Position numbers and translations under genes: made by a program. Shown here piece by piece: positions 1 through 12,450 of a DNA stretch of 64,000 nt. Location: positions 6,820,001-6,884,000 of the forward strand of contig OX597834.1 in assembly GCA_951406725.2 (NCBI GenBank), written 5' to 3'. How positions within the stretch are numbered: the first letter of the stretch is position 1; each line of letters begins with the position of its first letter. The notes beneath the pieces are model-generated. The model saw only the letters and a program-made list of their open reading frames with translations. It had not been told where the DNA came from and searched no databases. Origin of the DNA: Octopus vulgaris (taxonomy: Eukaryota).

Positions 1-69
1 TGTTGCTGCTATCTCTGTTTTTGTTGTTTAAATATGGATAATATCGATATTTAAACATCGATATATACA

Positions 70-231
70 GGCGCAGGAGTGGCTGTGTGGTAAGTAGCTT
101 GCTTACCAACCACATGGTTCCAGGTTCAGTCCCACTGTGTGGCATCTTGGGCAAGTGTCTTCTGCTATAGCCCCGGGCCGACCAAAGCCTTGTGAGTGGA
201 TTTGGTAGACGGAAACTGAAAGAAGCCTGTC

Positions 232-263
<32 letters not shown>

Positions 264-486
264 ATGTGTTTGTGTGTTTGTGTGTCTGTGTTTGTCCCCC
301 TAGCATTACTTGACAACAGATGCTGGTGTGTTTACATCCCCGTCACTTAGCGGTTCAGCAAAAGAGACTGATAGGATAAGTACTGGGCTTACAAAGAATA
401 AGTCCCGGGGTCGAGTTGCTCGATTAAAGGCGGTGCTCCAGCATGGCCGCAGTCAAATGACTGAAACAAGTAAAAGAGTAAAAGAG

Positions 487-488
<2 letters not shown>
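70..488 (+). mobile_element. tRNA-derived SINE, family A (full length, internal (TA)n/(TG)n tract)
   Basis: Head GGCGCAGGAGTGGCTGTGTGG (A box) ... GGTTCAGTCCC (B box), body CTTGGGCAAGTGTCTT, tail GACTGAAACAAGTAAAAGAGTAAAAGAG. About 15 copies in the window. Confidence 0.9.
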
Positions 489-516
<28 letters not shown>

Positions 517-523
<7 letters not shown>

Positions 524-660
524 CTGATCAATAAGTATCCGGACCGTTGCTATAATAACGAAACTGGAGCCTTCAGAGTAAAGCCGCTTGGCCCAGATTG
601 ACCTTGAACTCTGCTGTGTATGTGCCCTAAGTTTTAACGTTGTACCTCACTTCGGCTGTT
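517..660. mobile_element. Possible mariner-like terminal fragment
   Basis: TA-preceded TAGTCTGATCAATAAGTATCCGGAC resembles Tc1/mariner TIR starts. No partner TIR or transposase found. Confidence 0.3.
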
Positions 661-788
661 GTTCTTGTTGCTATTGCTATTGCTGTTGTTGGTGTTGTTG
701 CTGTTGTTATTGTTGTTGTTGTTGTTATTGTTGTTGTTGTTGTTTTTGCTGCTGCTGTTGCTGCTGTTGCTGTTGTTGTTGTTGTTGT
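657..788. repeat. (GTT/GCT)n trinucleotide microsatellite
   Basis: Read directly; accounts for the poly-L/C/V/N ORFs. Confidence 0.95.
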
Positions 789-789
789 A

Positions 790-1128
790 TGGGAGAAGTC
801 TGAAACATGGTCCTTTTGCTATTCGTAAGACCGGCAGAAGAGAAAGCAGGTCAACCCCACCCGATACCGAGAGCATCGACGGATGGATGAATGCGCATCC
901 AGGTTCAGCGGTTGCGTAGGAAGTCGGAGACAAGAAACAGGAAGATAGAGTGAGAGAAAGTGGGAGCGAAAGAGTACAACAGGGGTCGCCACCACCCCCT
1001 GCCGGAGCCTCATGGAGCTTTAGGTGTTTTAGCTCAATAAACACACACAACGCCCGGTCTGGGAATCGAAACCATGATCCTCCGACCATGAGTTCGCCGC
1101 CCTAACCACTGGGCCATTGCGCCTCCAC
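790..1128 (-). mobile_element. tRNA(Arg)-like SINE, family B (tail type 1)
   Basis: Minus-strand head GTGGAGGCGCAATGGCCCAGTGGTTAGGG ... GGTTTCGATTCCCAGACCGGGCG, the same head as at 14754 and 34193. Confidence 0.88.
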
Positions 1129-1822
1129 TGCTGTTGCTGTTGTCGTTATTGCTGTCGTTGATGTTGTTGTTGTTATTGCTGATGTTGTTGTTGTTGCTGT
1201 TTACCTGTTGCTACTGTTTACCTGTTTACCTGTTTACCTGTTGTTTAGTGTTGATATTTATGTTGTTTATGTTTATGTTTTTGTTGTTGCTCTTGTTTTT
1301 ACTGAATTTTACTAATTTTTACTGACTTTTACTTATTTCAAAATATTTCAAATATTTTAAAATTACAAGTTGAGTAATTTTAGTTTACCTATTTACTGAC
1401 CTAGAAATTTATTAGTTATCAAAGTTAACATATAAATAAAATGAATTAACCAGGTAAAAAAAGAGACTTTTCCCATCAATTCATTCACTTCTGGCTTCTC
1501 CTGATTTATTATTATAAATAATAGAAAATACCTTTTAAGAACTTTTAAACGTTAATAAGAATTACCTCCCCACAAAAGTAGCTCTCAATTTTGAATTATA
1601 CGATTGCTGGTTGCCATGTTTAATTCATGGAGAGAAAATTACCATACAGATAAGTTAACATTTCATTTTATTAACATTTCATTTTACTAACATTTCTTTT
1701 CCTACTTTTATTCCACATTTCTGTTCATTATTTACTAAAGTAAAATTATTCCAACAACTTCTAGTTATATAACTTTAGCTGGTCATGTCTTTATATAGGA
1801 TGTAAATAGCAAAATAAGTTCA

Positions 1823-1940
1823 TATAAGATAGACCTGAAGATTGGCAATATAATCGTTTTAATATGGTATTGTATTTAGAGACATTCTGCTTCAGTAATA
1901 TCAGGGAATATGTTGTCATGAAACACGTGTAGTCATTATA
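1823..1940 (+). ncRNA. Type I hammerhead ribozyme motif, canonical core, long stem II, GUA site
   Basis: GAC(1832-34) CTGAAGA(1835-41) t TGGCAATATA(1843-52) ... TATGTTGTCA(1909-18) t GAA ACACGTGT(1923-30, palindrome) A GTC. Confidence 0.65.
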
Positions 1941-2111
1941 ATGTAAAGTATATGATTTGAAATAAGAACTGAAGGCATTAATTTTGATAATTTTAATATT
2001 TAGTCCTATATGTACCTATTGTGGACAATGTCATTCAATGATGATTGAGTTGCTTGAGGGCGATTCTGTCTCTTAAACCTTTATATCTATCTATCTCTAT
2101 CTATATATCTA

Positions 2112-2207
<96 letters not shown>

Positions 2208-2214
2208 TATGTAT

Positions 2215-2320
2215 AAGGGTGAAAAGGAACACACGAGTTGGTATATATGAAAAAACAAGTCAAAAATAGAAAATGCTAAAATAATTTTATAGTGAACATT
2301 TCAGTACCGGTTTCGGTCAT
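2215..2320 (-). mobile_element. PLE pLTR-like fragment retaining the 3' half of an HHR
   Basis: Minus strand reads CGAA-ACCGGT-A, with the same palindromic stem III as 56654-56659. It lies between (TA)n tracts and the 5' half of the core is missing. Confidence 0.4.
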
Positions 2321-2464
2321 TTTATATATATATACATATATTTAAAAACATAAGAGATGACCTTAATAGGACATCTGACTCACTAGAAAGAGCAGCTAAA
2401 CTCCAAACCACTAATAGTTGTAATTCTGAAAGGGAAAGAGAAATAAAAACGTTTGCCCTATCTT

Positions 2465-2554
2465 TCCCTTGGACTATGCATAGTTTCGGCAATCTTTTGT
2501 AAATAAAATAAAAATATTTTACTTTACAATTGGCGTTGCCATCTTCAGCAGGAA
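2465..2554 (-). ncRNA. Type I hammerhead ribozyme motif, canonical core, GUC site, extended stem II
   Basis: Minus strand: UUCCUG CUGAAGA u GGCAA [14-bp A/U hairpin] UUGCC GAA ACUAUGCAUAGU C CAAGGGA. Predicted cleavage between 2472 and 2471. Confidence 0.8.
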
Positions 2555-2787
2555 GCCAAGGCTAACATATAGGCTTGAGGTGATGAGGACCATGCCTCGA
2601 GTCAATATGCTATAACTTTTCAAAATCCACCACGCACGCACGGTTTTTCAACAGTAAACATAACTGCCGATTTTCTTTCAAAATTATCCAAAAAATCCTT
2701 TTATCTTAACTTAATAAATCTTAGGGTAGCAAAAAAATTTTAGAAAAATTCTAGAAAAATTCTCCGCTACCAGTGGTCTAGCAAGTT

Positions 2788-2975
2788 TACTCTCTTTACT
2801 CTTTTACTTGTTTCAGTGATTTGAATGCGGCCATGCTGGAGCACCGCCTTTAGTCGAGCAAATTTACCCCAGGACTTATTCTTCGTAAGCCTAGAACTTA
2901 CTGTATTGGTCTCTTTTGCCAAACCATTAAGTTACAGGTATGTAAACACACTAGACATATACACACGCAGATACA

Positions 2976-3013
<38 letters not shown>

Positions 3014-3018
3014 CATGT

Positions 3019-3109
<91 letters not shown>

Positions 3110-3280
3110 CATATATATGATGGGCTTCTTTCAGTTTTCATCTACCAAATCTGCTCACAAGGCTTTGGTCAACCCGAGGCCATAGTAGAAGACACATGCC
3201 CAAGGTGCCACGCAGAGCGACTGAACCCGGAACCATGTGGTTCATGAGCAAGCTACTTACCACACAGCCACTCCTACACC
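2788..3280 (-). mobile_element. SINE family A with expanded internal (TA)n
   Basis: Reverse complement of the 70-488 element. Confidence 0.88.
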
Positions 3281-3507
3281 TATATATATATAACATACAC
3301 ACATGCACAAACACTCAGATGCATATATATGCATAAATGTGTGTATGTTTGTGTGTCTGTACAGCATTTCTATGACATTTCCTTATTTTCCTTCCCTTAA
3401 AGATGTCCACGTCAGCTGATGTTCCTCATATTTTCTCCTATCTTTTACTACTTCTCCCTTATGCAAACACTTGCTACACCCCTTCACCCTTTCATTTACA
3501 TTACTGC

Positions 3508-3578
3508 AACCTTGCTCTCCCCCACCTTGCTCTCCCCACCTTGCTCTCCCCACCTTGCTCTCCCCACCTTGCTCTCCC
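3508..3578. repeat. 15-bp minisatellite (CACCTTGCTCTCCCC), about 5 copies
   Basis: Read directly. Confidence 0.9.
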
Positions 3579-3749
3579 TGTCTCACACTAATCATGAGTT
3601 ATACATCCTTCAAAACCGGCTGACATTTCTTTTCTCTTGGATGAAAGATTCTTCACTCTTCATGGCATAAAATTTATTTTCTTCTGCTTTTGACCTCTTT
3701 GCGTTCTTATTTTTCCATTACAGAGCATCACTACATTCCCTAGGTCCTA

Positions 3750-3803
3750 TGTATAAATGTATATTTATATAAACATACCTATATACATACATACATACAT
3801 ACA

Positions 3804-3837
<34 letters not shown>

Positions 3838-4395
3838 CATACATATATATGTATATATGCACACACACATATATGCATATATTTATATGAATATATATGT
3901 AAATATATATGTATAGATATATGCATATATTTATATGTATATATATATATGTGTATATATGTAAATATATATGTATATATTTGTAAATATATATGTATAT
4001 ATATGTAAATATATGTGTATATATATATGTAACTATATATGTATATATATGTAAATATATATGTACATATATGTAAATATATATGAATATATATGTAAAT
4101 ATATATGTATATATATATGAATATATATGTAAGTATATATGTATATATATATAAATATATACATATATATATATAAATATATATGTATATAAATAAATAT
4201 ATATATGTGCATATTTATACATGCATATATATATGCATACACACATGCACTCATATATCTATCTATATCTATACATTTATTTATGTATACACATAGATAT
4301 GCATATATGCATTTATATGCACATACACACTCACGCACACACACACACACGCACACACACACACATGCACACACACACACACACACACACACACG
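3750..4395. repeat. Compound (TACA)n/(TA)n/(CA)n microsatellite
   Basis: Read directly. Confidence 0.95.
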
Positions 4396-4639
4396 TATGT
4401 ATCTATGCGCAGGTGTGGGTTAGGGACATGTAAATGAATATTTCCTGACATTTCCTACGAATAAGTAAAATACCACCTGTCAATCAGGCCCCTTCCACGT
4501 ACTAGAAAGGATAACCGAAACTCCCTCAAACAACACGGCACCTTTCAATAGACTGTTCCTCACATGAGACTTAATGGTCATAACTGGAAGGCCTTTAAAT
4601 CAAGGGTCAGCTTGACCAAGGTTCACAATGCGTATGTAG

Positions 4640-4971
4640 CTACTACTTGTACTTCTACTACCACCATCACTACCACCACTGCCATCATCACAATTACTAC
4701 TTCTACCTCTACCACCACCGCCACCACCACCGCCAGCACTACGGCCAGTACTATTACAACTACAACCACTGTAGCCATCACTACTACCACCACCACCACT
4801 TCTACTACTACTGTTACCACTAATACTACCACCAGTACCACCAGTAACACTACGACCACCACCAGCACCACCACCAATACCACCACCAGCACCACCACCA
4901 ATACCACCACCATCAGTACCAGCAGCAGCAGCAGCAGCAGCACCACCACCACCACCACCACCACCACCATC

Positions 4972-5003
<32 letters not shown>

Positions 5004-5098
5004 TACTACTACCACCACCACCACCACTACTGCTGCTGCTGCTGCTACTACTACTGCTGCTACTACTACTACTACTACTACTACTGCTGCTGCTGCTT

Positions 5099-5157
<59 letters not shown>

Positions 5158-5187
5158 GCTACTACAACTGCTGCTGCTACTACTACT
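4640..5187. repeat. (ACC/ACT/AGC/GCT)n trinucleotide array
   Basis: Read directly; produces the poly-Thr ORF. Confidence 0.9.
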
Positions 5188-5459
5188 TAGTACAGATGCT
5201 GCTGCAGTACATGAATTTGCTATCTGAGCTGGCTATAAAGGACTTCCTTCATCCTCTTAACCATTCCATGTGCCCTACATGGAAATGATTGTCTGCCGCA
5301 GCCTGGGAAAGACGACTCCGCAATTCTTTGTTTTAACGACCTGCAGCAAACGATTTGCTCATCTTCATCAAATGTACGTGGGCCACACATTAGCTTGCTC
5401 CCTCCATCACCGACCGAACAGAGGCATGGTGTATCACTCATCAGCTGCCAAGTAATTAC

Positions 5460-5582
5460 AGAGCATCATGCGGTGAAGTATTTTGCTCAAGAACACAATG
5501 CACCACCTGGTCTTGGAATTGAAATCACGACCTCGTAATCATGAGTGCAGCACACTAACCACTAGGTCCTGTGCCCTCACGC
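5460..5582 (-). mobile_element. Diverged SINE family E head
   Basis: Reverse complement resembles 62873-62990 (GTGGTTAG ... TTGTGTTCTTGAGCAA). Another copy at about 28910-29030. Confidence 0.65.
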
Positions 5583-5749
5583 TATGCTGATAACATAAAT
5601 GAATACAGTCATTACAAACATTTTAGTCTGTGATTAATAGCATTTGTCTCAATATATAATTAATACTTTATTTACTTAAAGTATTAAATTCACATTAAAA
5701 CTTTTAATGACGTTTTGAAATCTATTTTAATGATTTCTAATAAAATAAC

Positions 5750-6085
5750 GTTTTTGGATTTGGTTTGCAAGATTCTTTATATGAGTTCATGTGTTGAAGC
5801 ATATTCTGTTGTGTCTGGGGAGAGTCATTTTCTTTTTGTGCCTTATTATGTAACACACTCACTGGTAAAATTTCCACTTTTTTCTTATCTTTATTGTCCT
5901 AAAATTTACGTTGCGTCTTGCAACCTTTTCAATAGTTTAGAGAGTCAAAACTATTGAAAAGGTTGCAAGACTCAACGAAAAGTTTAGGACAATAAAGATA
6001 AGAAAAAAGTGGAAATTTCACCGGTGAGTGTGTTACATAATAAGGCACAAAAAGAAAAGGACTCTCCCCAGACACAACAGAATAT
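5750..6085. mobile_element. Fold-back element P1 (inverted pLTR-like, variant HHR)
   Basis: Inverted arms of about 135 bp centred near 5942, a one-sided tail of about 55 bp on the left, and flanks TAAAATAAC/TAAAACAAC. Confidence 0.85.
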
Positions 6086-6241
6086 TAAAACAACTTGATC
6101 CATCAATTAGCTCTTACTGTAGCTGCTTACTACCAGAGCATCTCGGTTGCTGACATTGTCATAGTTGGTAATGATATTGCTTTGCCAATCATTGCAAATG
6201 ATGGCACTAGGACAAAATCCTTACTGGACAGAATCCCCTGG

Positions 6242-6645
6242 TACTCTCTTTTACTCTTTTACTTGTTTCAGTCATTTGACTGCGGCCATGCTGGAGCACT
6301 GCCTTTAGTCAAGCAAATTGAGCCCAGGACTTATTCTTTGTAAACCTAGTACGTATTCTATCGGTCTCTTTTGCTGAACTGCTAAGTTACAGGGACATAA
6401 ACACATCAGCATCGGTTGTCAAGCGATGTTGGGGGGACAAACGCAGACACACAAACATATACACACACACACACTTATATATATTTATGATGGGCTTCTT
6501 TCTGTTTCCATCTACCAAATCCACTCACAAGGCTTTGGTCAACACGAGGCTATAGTAGAAGACACTTGCCCAAGGTGTCACGCAGTGGGACTGAACCCGG
6601 AACCATGTGGTTGGTAAACAAGCTACTTACCACACAGCCACTCTG
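6242..6645 (-). mobile_element. SINE family A
   Basis: Reverse complement of the family A sequence. Confidence 0.9.
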
Positions 6646-6959
6646 TTCTTTCTTTACAATAAAAATATTTTAGGGAAGTCAAACTTTATAAAAAAAAATT
6701 CAAAATATTTATTAGTTGATATTTTTGTGTAAAATTTGTCCAGGGGAATTTTATGCTTGGGGGATTTTGTCTTCAGTGGCATTTTGTCCTAATACTTGAC
6801 TGATAATCTGAGTAAACATATATTACATGTCCTGCTTCATCAGCATCTCACATGCAAATATTCCCAGGTGCTCCATCAACAATTTACAGCATTCATATGT
6901 TTGACCCTTTTGTATTCCAATTATTCTGACACATATGCCATTTTTTTTATATTGTCTTA

Positions 6960-7290
6960 ATCATCATCATCATCATCATTGTTCGACCGTGGTCCAGACA
7001 ATGGAATTTACAATGCTACGCTAGACTTCACGGTCCATCATGGCATTACAGAGGTCCTGTTGCTGGATGCCTGTATCCCTGGAGATTACATCAGGGTAGG
7101 AGAATGTGCGCCCTCTGGTATCGCTAGCAGATGGCTTCCAGAGGAGAAGAGTAGAAATTACCTCGTTTTCAGCTCTACAACAATGTCCAGCAAACTGGAC
7201 TCTCCTACCTTTCTCAAGAGATGACACAGGTGGTAGTTTCCCATATATTTGCATTTTGGTTGAATGATGCTTCCACGAGAAATTGTCTTA
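6960..7290 (-). mobile_element. 5'-truncated RTE-group LINE 3' end with (GAT)n tail
   Basis: Translation IYGKLPPVS...RRVQFAGHCCR...LLLWKP...YPDVISRDTG...MMDR is a typical RTE-group C-terminus. Second copy at 21577-21915. Confidence 0.85.
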
Positions 7291-7359
7291 AATTAATCAT
7301 ACATTATCTAGTAGGTGAGAAATTTTGAGGATTTATTATTTTTTTATTTTATTATTTTG

Positions 7360-7790
7360 GCTGGGTTCTAACCCAGGCCAGAGCAACAAAGTCCATCCAC
7401 CACACTTCTTGGTCCATAATCACTGCCTTGAGGTCCTAGGTATATTCCAGACCAGTCTCTGCAATCAAGTTGTTGATGTAAGTGTGACAATGTTTTCTTC
7501 TTCTTATGTCGCCATGAAGTGGCTTTCTCAAAACTAATTTTGACACTTCCAGTTCGGAGTGGCACACACACGCGCTGACCAGACAGTCGCAGCTGTCTTT
7601 GTTTGATCTTTTTTCTAACTTTCAGTATACATCTCCATAAAGGCCTTCTTTTATCATATGTTGCTGCCATTTCACATTTAGGGCTACTTGTATCACACTT
7701 GTGTAGCATCCATTGAGTCCATTTGATAATTTCTTTCTCAGTGTCTATGTTTCACTGCCATACAATAGCACTGATTTCAATGACGTAATG
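7360..7790 (-). mobile_element. Older frameshifted RTE-group LINE 3' fragment
   Basis: Minus-strand remnants SVLLYGSET, ALNVKWQQHMTKEDLYG and IKQRQLRLSG in shifting frames. Confidence 0.75.
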
Positions 7791-8196
7791 GATCAGTTTT
7801 AGAATGACATTGTAGGGTTGAAGCAAGAGGTCAGATCTGGTCAGTTTCAACATAAAACAGGCGAAATATTTGGGCTGATTATGGCCAGTTTGAATGCTAA
7901 AGGGTTGATGATACTTCTGTCAGTGCACAACAATCACTGGTCTTCAATGCGAAGGTGTCCCAATGCAAACACATATATCCTTTTTCCAGTGACGAAAAGA
8001 CGATGGGTAAATATCCAGAAACCCTGGTCCATGCGTATCACGTCTGATCGACGATGGGAAGGATGGCTTCCCTTTGCAAATACTGATAGGGCACCGAAAG
8101 TGTGTCAGTAGCCAGCTGGAGAAGATGTTCTCTTGGGGCTACAAGCTACATAGCATCCACCCTTAGCGGTTAGCCACATTTAAGTGGCAAATATAC

Positions 8197-8229
<33 letters not shown>

Positions 8230-8283
8230 ATTCAAAATAAACGAATATAGAATGAGAAAAATATAGTTACATTGTTGTATCTC

Positions 8284-8552
8284 TTTCTCTTTCTCTTTTC
8301 TCTTTTATTTGTTTCAGTCATTTGACTGTGGCCATGCTGGAGCACCGTCTTTAATCGAGCAACTCGAACCCGGGACTTATTCTTTGTAAGCCCAGTACTT
8401 ATTCTATCGGTCTCTTTTGCCGAACCGCTAAGTAACGGAAGACACTTGCCCAAGGTGCAGAAGACACTTGCCCAAAGTGCCACGCAGTGGGACTGAACCC
8501 GGAACCATGTGGTTGGTAAACAAGCTACTTACCACACAGCCACTCCTGCGCC
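8284..8552 (-). mobile_element. SINE family A, internally deleted
   Basis: Head and tail present, central part missing, and a short duplication of GAAGACACTTGCCCAA. Confidence 0.85.
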
Positions 8553-8623
8553 TATATACATTGTTGTATATAAATATAAATAAACTAACATTTGTTTTTT
8601 ATTAGTGTCGAAATGCGTATTCT

Positions 8624-8800
8624 AAAGTACAAATAAGATCATAATTTATTTTTGAATGCAGAGATGGCGTTAGAACAACAGAAATATTGTTGTTGACAGA
8701 TTTTTCCACTTTGTAAGGGTATTTTACTCAATATTTCTGCTGCTCTAATGGAATCTCTGTGTTCAGCAATAAATTATCATCTTATTTGTATTTTACAATA
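8624..8800. repeat. Degenerate inverted repeat with arms of about 65 bp
   Basis: TACAAATAAGAT..ATAATTTATT...CAGAAATATTG versus CAATATTTCTG...AATAAATTAT..ATCTTATTTGTA. Confidence 0.75.
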
Positions 8801-8977
8801 TATGGTGCTTGAAAAGGTTAATTGAAAGCACTCACACGCACAAGGAAAAATAATTTCTCCCATAAAGGTTAGTAACATCCTAATAAAAGATTTTGTAACA
8901 TTTTTAGAAAATAATTTTCAAAAAATCCCCTTTATACTTAAACTCTGTGTTAAGTAATTTTCACAAAAACTTTCAAA

Positions 8978-9270
8978 TATATATGATATGATATAATATA
9001 ATATAATATAATATAATATAATATAATATAATATAATATAATATAATATAATATAATATAATATAATATAATATATGATATAATATGATATAATATAATA
9101 TAATATAATATAATATAATATAATATGATATGATATGATATGATATGATATGATATGATATGATATGATATGATATGATATGATATGATATGATATGATA
9201 TGATATGATATAATATGATATAATATAATATAATATAATATAATATAATATAATATAATATATATATATA
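8978..9270. repeat. Pentanucleotide microsatellite (ATATA/ATAAT)n with an (ATATG)n centre
   Basis: Read directly. Confidence 0.95.
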
Positions 9271-9520
9271 TCATCATTATCATCATCATTTAACGTCCGC
9301 TTTCCATGCTAGCATGGGTTGGACGATTTTAACTGAGGGCTGGCGAACCAGATGGCTGCACCAGGCTCCAATCTTGATCTGACAGAGTTTCTACAGCTGG
9401 ATGCCCTTCCTAACACCAATCACTCCGAGAGTGTAGTGGGTGCTTTTTATGTTCCACCGGCATGGGCACCAGTCAGGCGGTATTGGCAACAACCTCGCTC
9501 GAATCATTTTTACATGTGCC
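9271..9520 (-). mobile_element. RTE LINE 3'-UTR terminal fragment (family D)
   Basis: Matches 54230-54408 (GGAAGGGCATCCAGC ... CATGGAAAGCGGACGTTAAATGATGATG). Further copies near 28230, 32340, 34211, 38380, 44490 and 44780. Confidence 0.85.
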
Positions 9521-10309
9521 AAACCCCCAAGTCATGGGAGGTAAATAAACCAACATCAGTGGTAAGGGACAAACACAGACACAAAGATACACACAACACA
9601 TACAACATGCACACACATGCACACAAAAGGCTTCTTTCAGTTTCCATCAAGTATATCTATTCACAAGGCTCTGGTTGGTCCAAGGCTATTGTATACAACA
9701 CTTTCCCAAGGTGCCATGCAGTGGGACTGAAACCAGTACCATGTAGTTGGGAAGCAAACTTATTACCTCACAGCCATGCCTGCAATTCTTATGGTGACAT
9801 TGGTAACAATGATAGCAACAGTGAAAATGATTATGATGAGGGAATATTTAAGATTAAAGGCTTCCCAACCATGGCCAACCTGTTTTATTTCCATCAATAA
9901 TGAAAATACAAGTACATTATTCAATGTGTTCTTCTATTTTTACAAAAGAAAAAGGGCTGTGGTTTCAAGAGATTTGGCTGGTATTTCCAGCAGCTTAAAT
10001 GTAGGTATACCCTGCAATAAATCTGAAGAAAAAAACAACAAATAAAAACAAAAACAGAAAATAAACAAAAAAATGAAAAGCAAAGATAGAGATTGTAGAT
10101 GTGTGGGAGACACCAAATGAAAATGATTGCAACTTACAGTCCATAAGCAATGACTCTAAACTTTATATTAATTTGAAAAACTCAAATTGGTTTAGCAAAT
10201 ATATTGCTCTGGAAGCAGTAAATGGTTGTATTTACATATTATATGAGGTATAAACGGACAGATACACAGTGAGTAGAAACAAATACACACAGACACACAA
10301 GTAAACATA

Positions 10310-10324
10310 GACATATATACATAC

Positions 10325-10369
<45 letters not shown>

Positions 10370-10403
10370 TATATATGTATATATATATATGTATATATAT
10401 ATG

Positions 10404-10436
<33 letters not shown>

Positions 10437-10463
10437 ATCTATATATCTATATCTATATCTATA

Positions 10464-10518
<55 letters not shown>

Positions 10519-10527
10519 ATATATAGG

Positions 10528-10606
<79 letters not shown>

Positions 10607-10643
10607 GGTATATATATATATATATATAGTATATATATGTATA

Positions 10644-10698
<55 letters not shown>

Positions 10699-10699
10699 G

Positions 10700-10731
<32 letters not shown>

Positions 10732-10750
10732 GGTATATATGTATATATAT

Positions 10751-10794
<44 letters not shown>

Positions 10795-10837
10795 TATATA
10801 TATATATATATAGGTATATATATGTATATATATATGG

Positions 10838-10876
<39 letters not shown>

Positions 10877-11010
10877 GTATAGACATACAAACACATGCAT
10901 ATAGAAGCATATATTGACATACTACTATTACATATACACACACTCACAGAAACGTATAGATGTTTGTATACACACACACACACACACACACACAGACACA
11001 CACACACACA
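10310..11010. repeat. Long (TA)n/(CA)n microsatellite
   Basis: Read directly. Confidence 0.95.
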
Positions 11011-11462
11011 TATGTGAGAAGTAGATGTATGTGCATGTGTATATCTGTCTATATATGTCTGCATATGTTTTGTTGTATGGATGTAGTGGGTGTAAGGAAA
11101 TATGTGAAAACATGTACCCCTATATTTGTTTGCATGCATGTTTGCATGTAGACATCTATATACATGTGCAGAAAAAAAATATGAGGTATAGAATGCTATT
11201 TGAAAGAATCTGTATTTAATAATCTTCTTTATGCAAAATTTGATATTAACATTAGCATCCAGTGGAGCAGAAATCTCTCTATCTAGTTGCTATTAGATGT
11301 CTTAACAGATGTGAATGTAGCATATGTCATATATATGTGTATCTGTGTGCGTGTGTGTATTCATACATATACATAAATACATATATACATGCATACGCAC
11401 ACACACACATATACATATGTATATATATTAACCGAAATGTACAGTATTATATATCTATTATG

Positions 11463-11552
11463 ACCAATCTTACCAATTGGTTTCGCACCAAGGGTTCAAT
11501 GGAGTGTTAGGTAACAGTCTGATTATGTAACTCTGCACTCTTCAGAGGTAGC
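11463..11552 (-). ncRNA. Type I hammerhead ribozyme motif, canonical core, GUA site
   Basis: Minus strand: GCUACCU CUGAAGA(11545-39) GUGC ... GUGC GAA ACCAAUUGGU(11481-72, palindrome) A AGAUUGGU. Stems I and II rely on wobble pairs. Confidence 0.6.
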
Positions 11553-11967
11553 TGTTTATGAAGTAAAATATAGCAACTGCTCTCTATTGTTTGAGGTGAA
11601 TAGGCACAAGCAGTTTGAGGTTGCTGTGGAAAAAAAGATGATGAAATGAATTGAGCGGGGGTTAAGTTAAAAGTTATATCCCTTGGTACCAAAACATGGT
11701 CTGAGGGGTAGGGTTATTGCAAGTTGGCAAAAGCTTTCTGGAAAAGAGTTTGTGGGAAATTTTCATGTCTTTAAGGTTGGTATTCTTGTGGAAATGGAAT
11801 GTGTGTGGTGCTACTATATTTATAACCTTTGTGGGGGTAGTCATACACAGCGTTGTTCGTTAATGTGTTTCCTCTTTTTTATGTTTTGGTTAAATTCATG
11901 AGGGCATTTATGTATGCATGCGGTGTGTGTAGGAGTGCAATATGTGTGGGAACTTAATGCTGGGGGT

Positions 11968-12039
<72 letters not shown>

Positions 12040-12217
12040 ATTATATATATATGGATACACACACACACACACACACACGCGCGCACACACGCGCGCACAC
12101 ATGCACACACACACATATATATATATATTTTATTCTTTTATTTATTTCAGTCATTTGACTGCGGCCATGCTGGAAATATATAATGTAAGGTATTAAGTAC
12201 ATTATATTAGGAATCCG

Positions 12218-12450
12218 AAGGCGGCGAGCTGGCAGAAACGTTAGCACGCCGGGCGAAATGTGTAGCCGTATTTCGTCTGCCGTTACGTTCTGAGTTCAAA
12301 TCCCGCCGAGGTCGACTTTGCCTTTCATCCTTTCGGGGTCGATAAATTAAGTAACAGTTACGCACTGGGGTGGATATAATCGACTTAATCCGTTTGTCTG
12401 GCCTAGTTTGTCTCCTCTGTGTTTGGCCCCTTGTGGGTAATAAAGAAACA
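12218..12450 (+). mobile_element. SINE family C with a MetaSINE-like central domain
   Basis: tRNA-like head (TGGCAGAAACGTTAG; GAGTTCAAATCC) plus GACTTTGCCTTTCATCCTTTCGGGGTCGATAAATTAAGTA, which resembles the Meta domain as recalled. Confidence 0.85.

Noticed and set aside
103-306. Recurrent ORFs MLGGQTQTH.../MSSNARGTNTD... at many loci
   Set aside because: Antisense read-through of SINE family A; no protein features.
4564-5190. 208-aa Thr-rich, mucin-like ORF
   Set aside because: Pure trinucleotide repeat, also open on the other strand, with no signal peptide or splice context.
10375-11139. Long YIYI/HTHT/CVCV ORFs here and near 26.1, 36.0, 42.8 and 59.5 kb
   Set aside because: Stop-free dinucleotide microsatellites.
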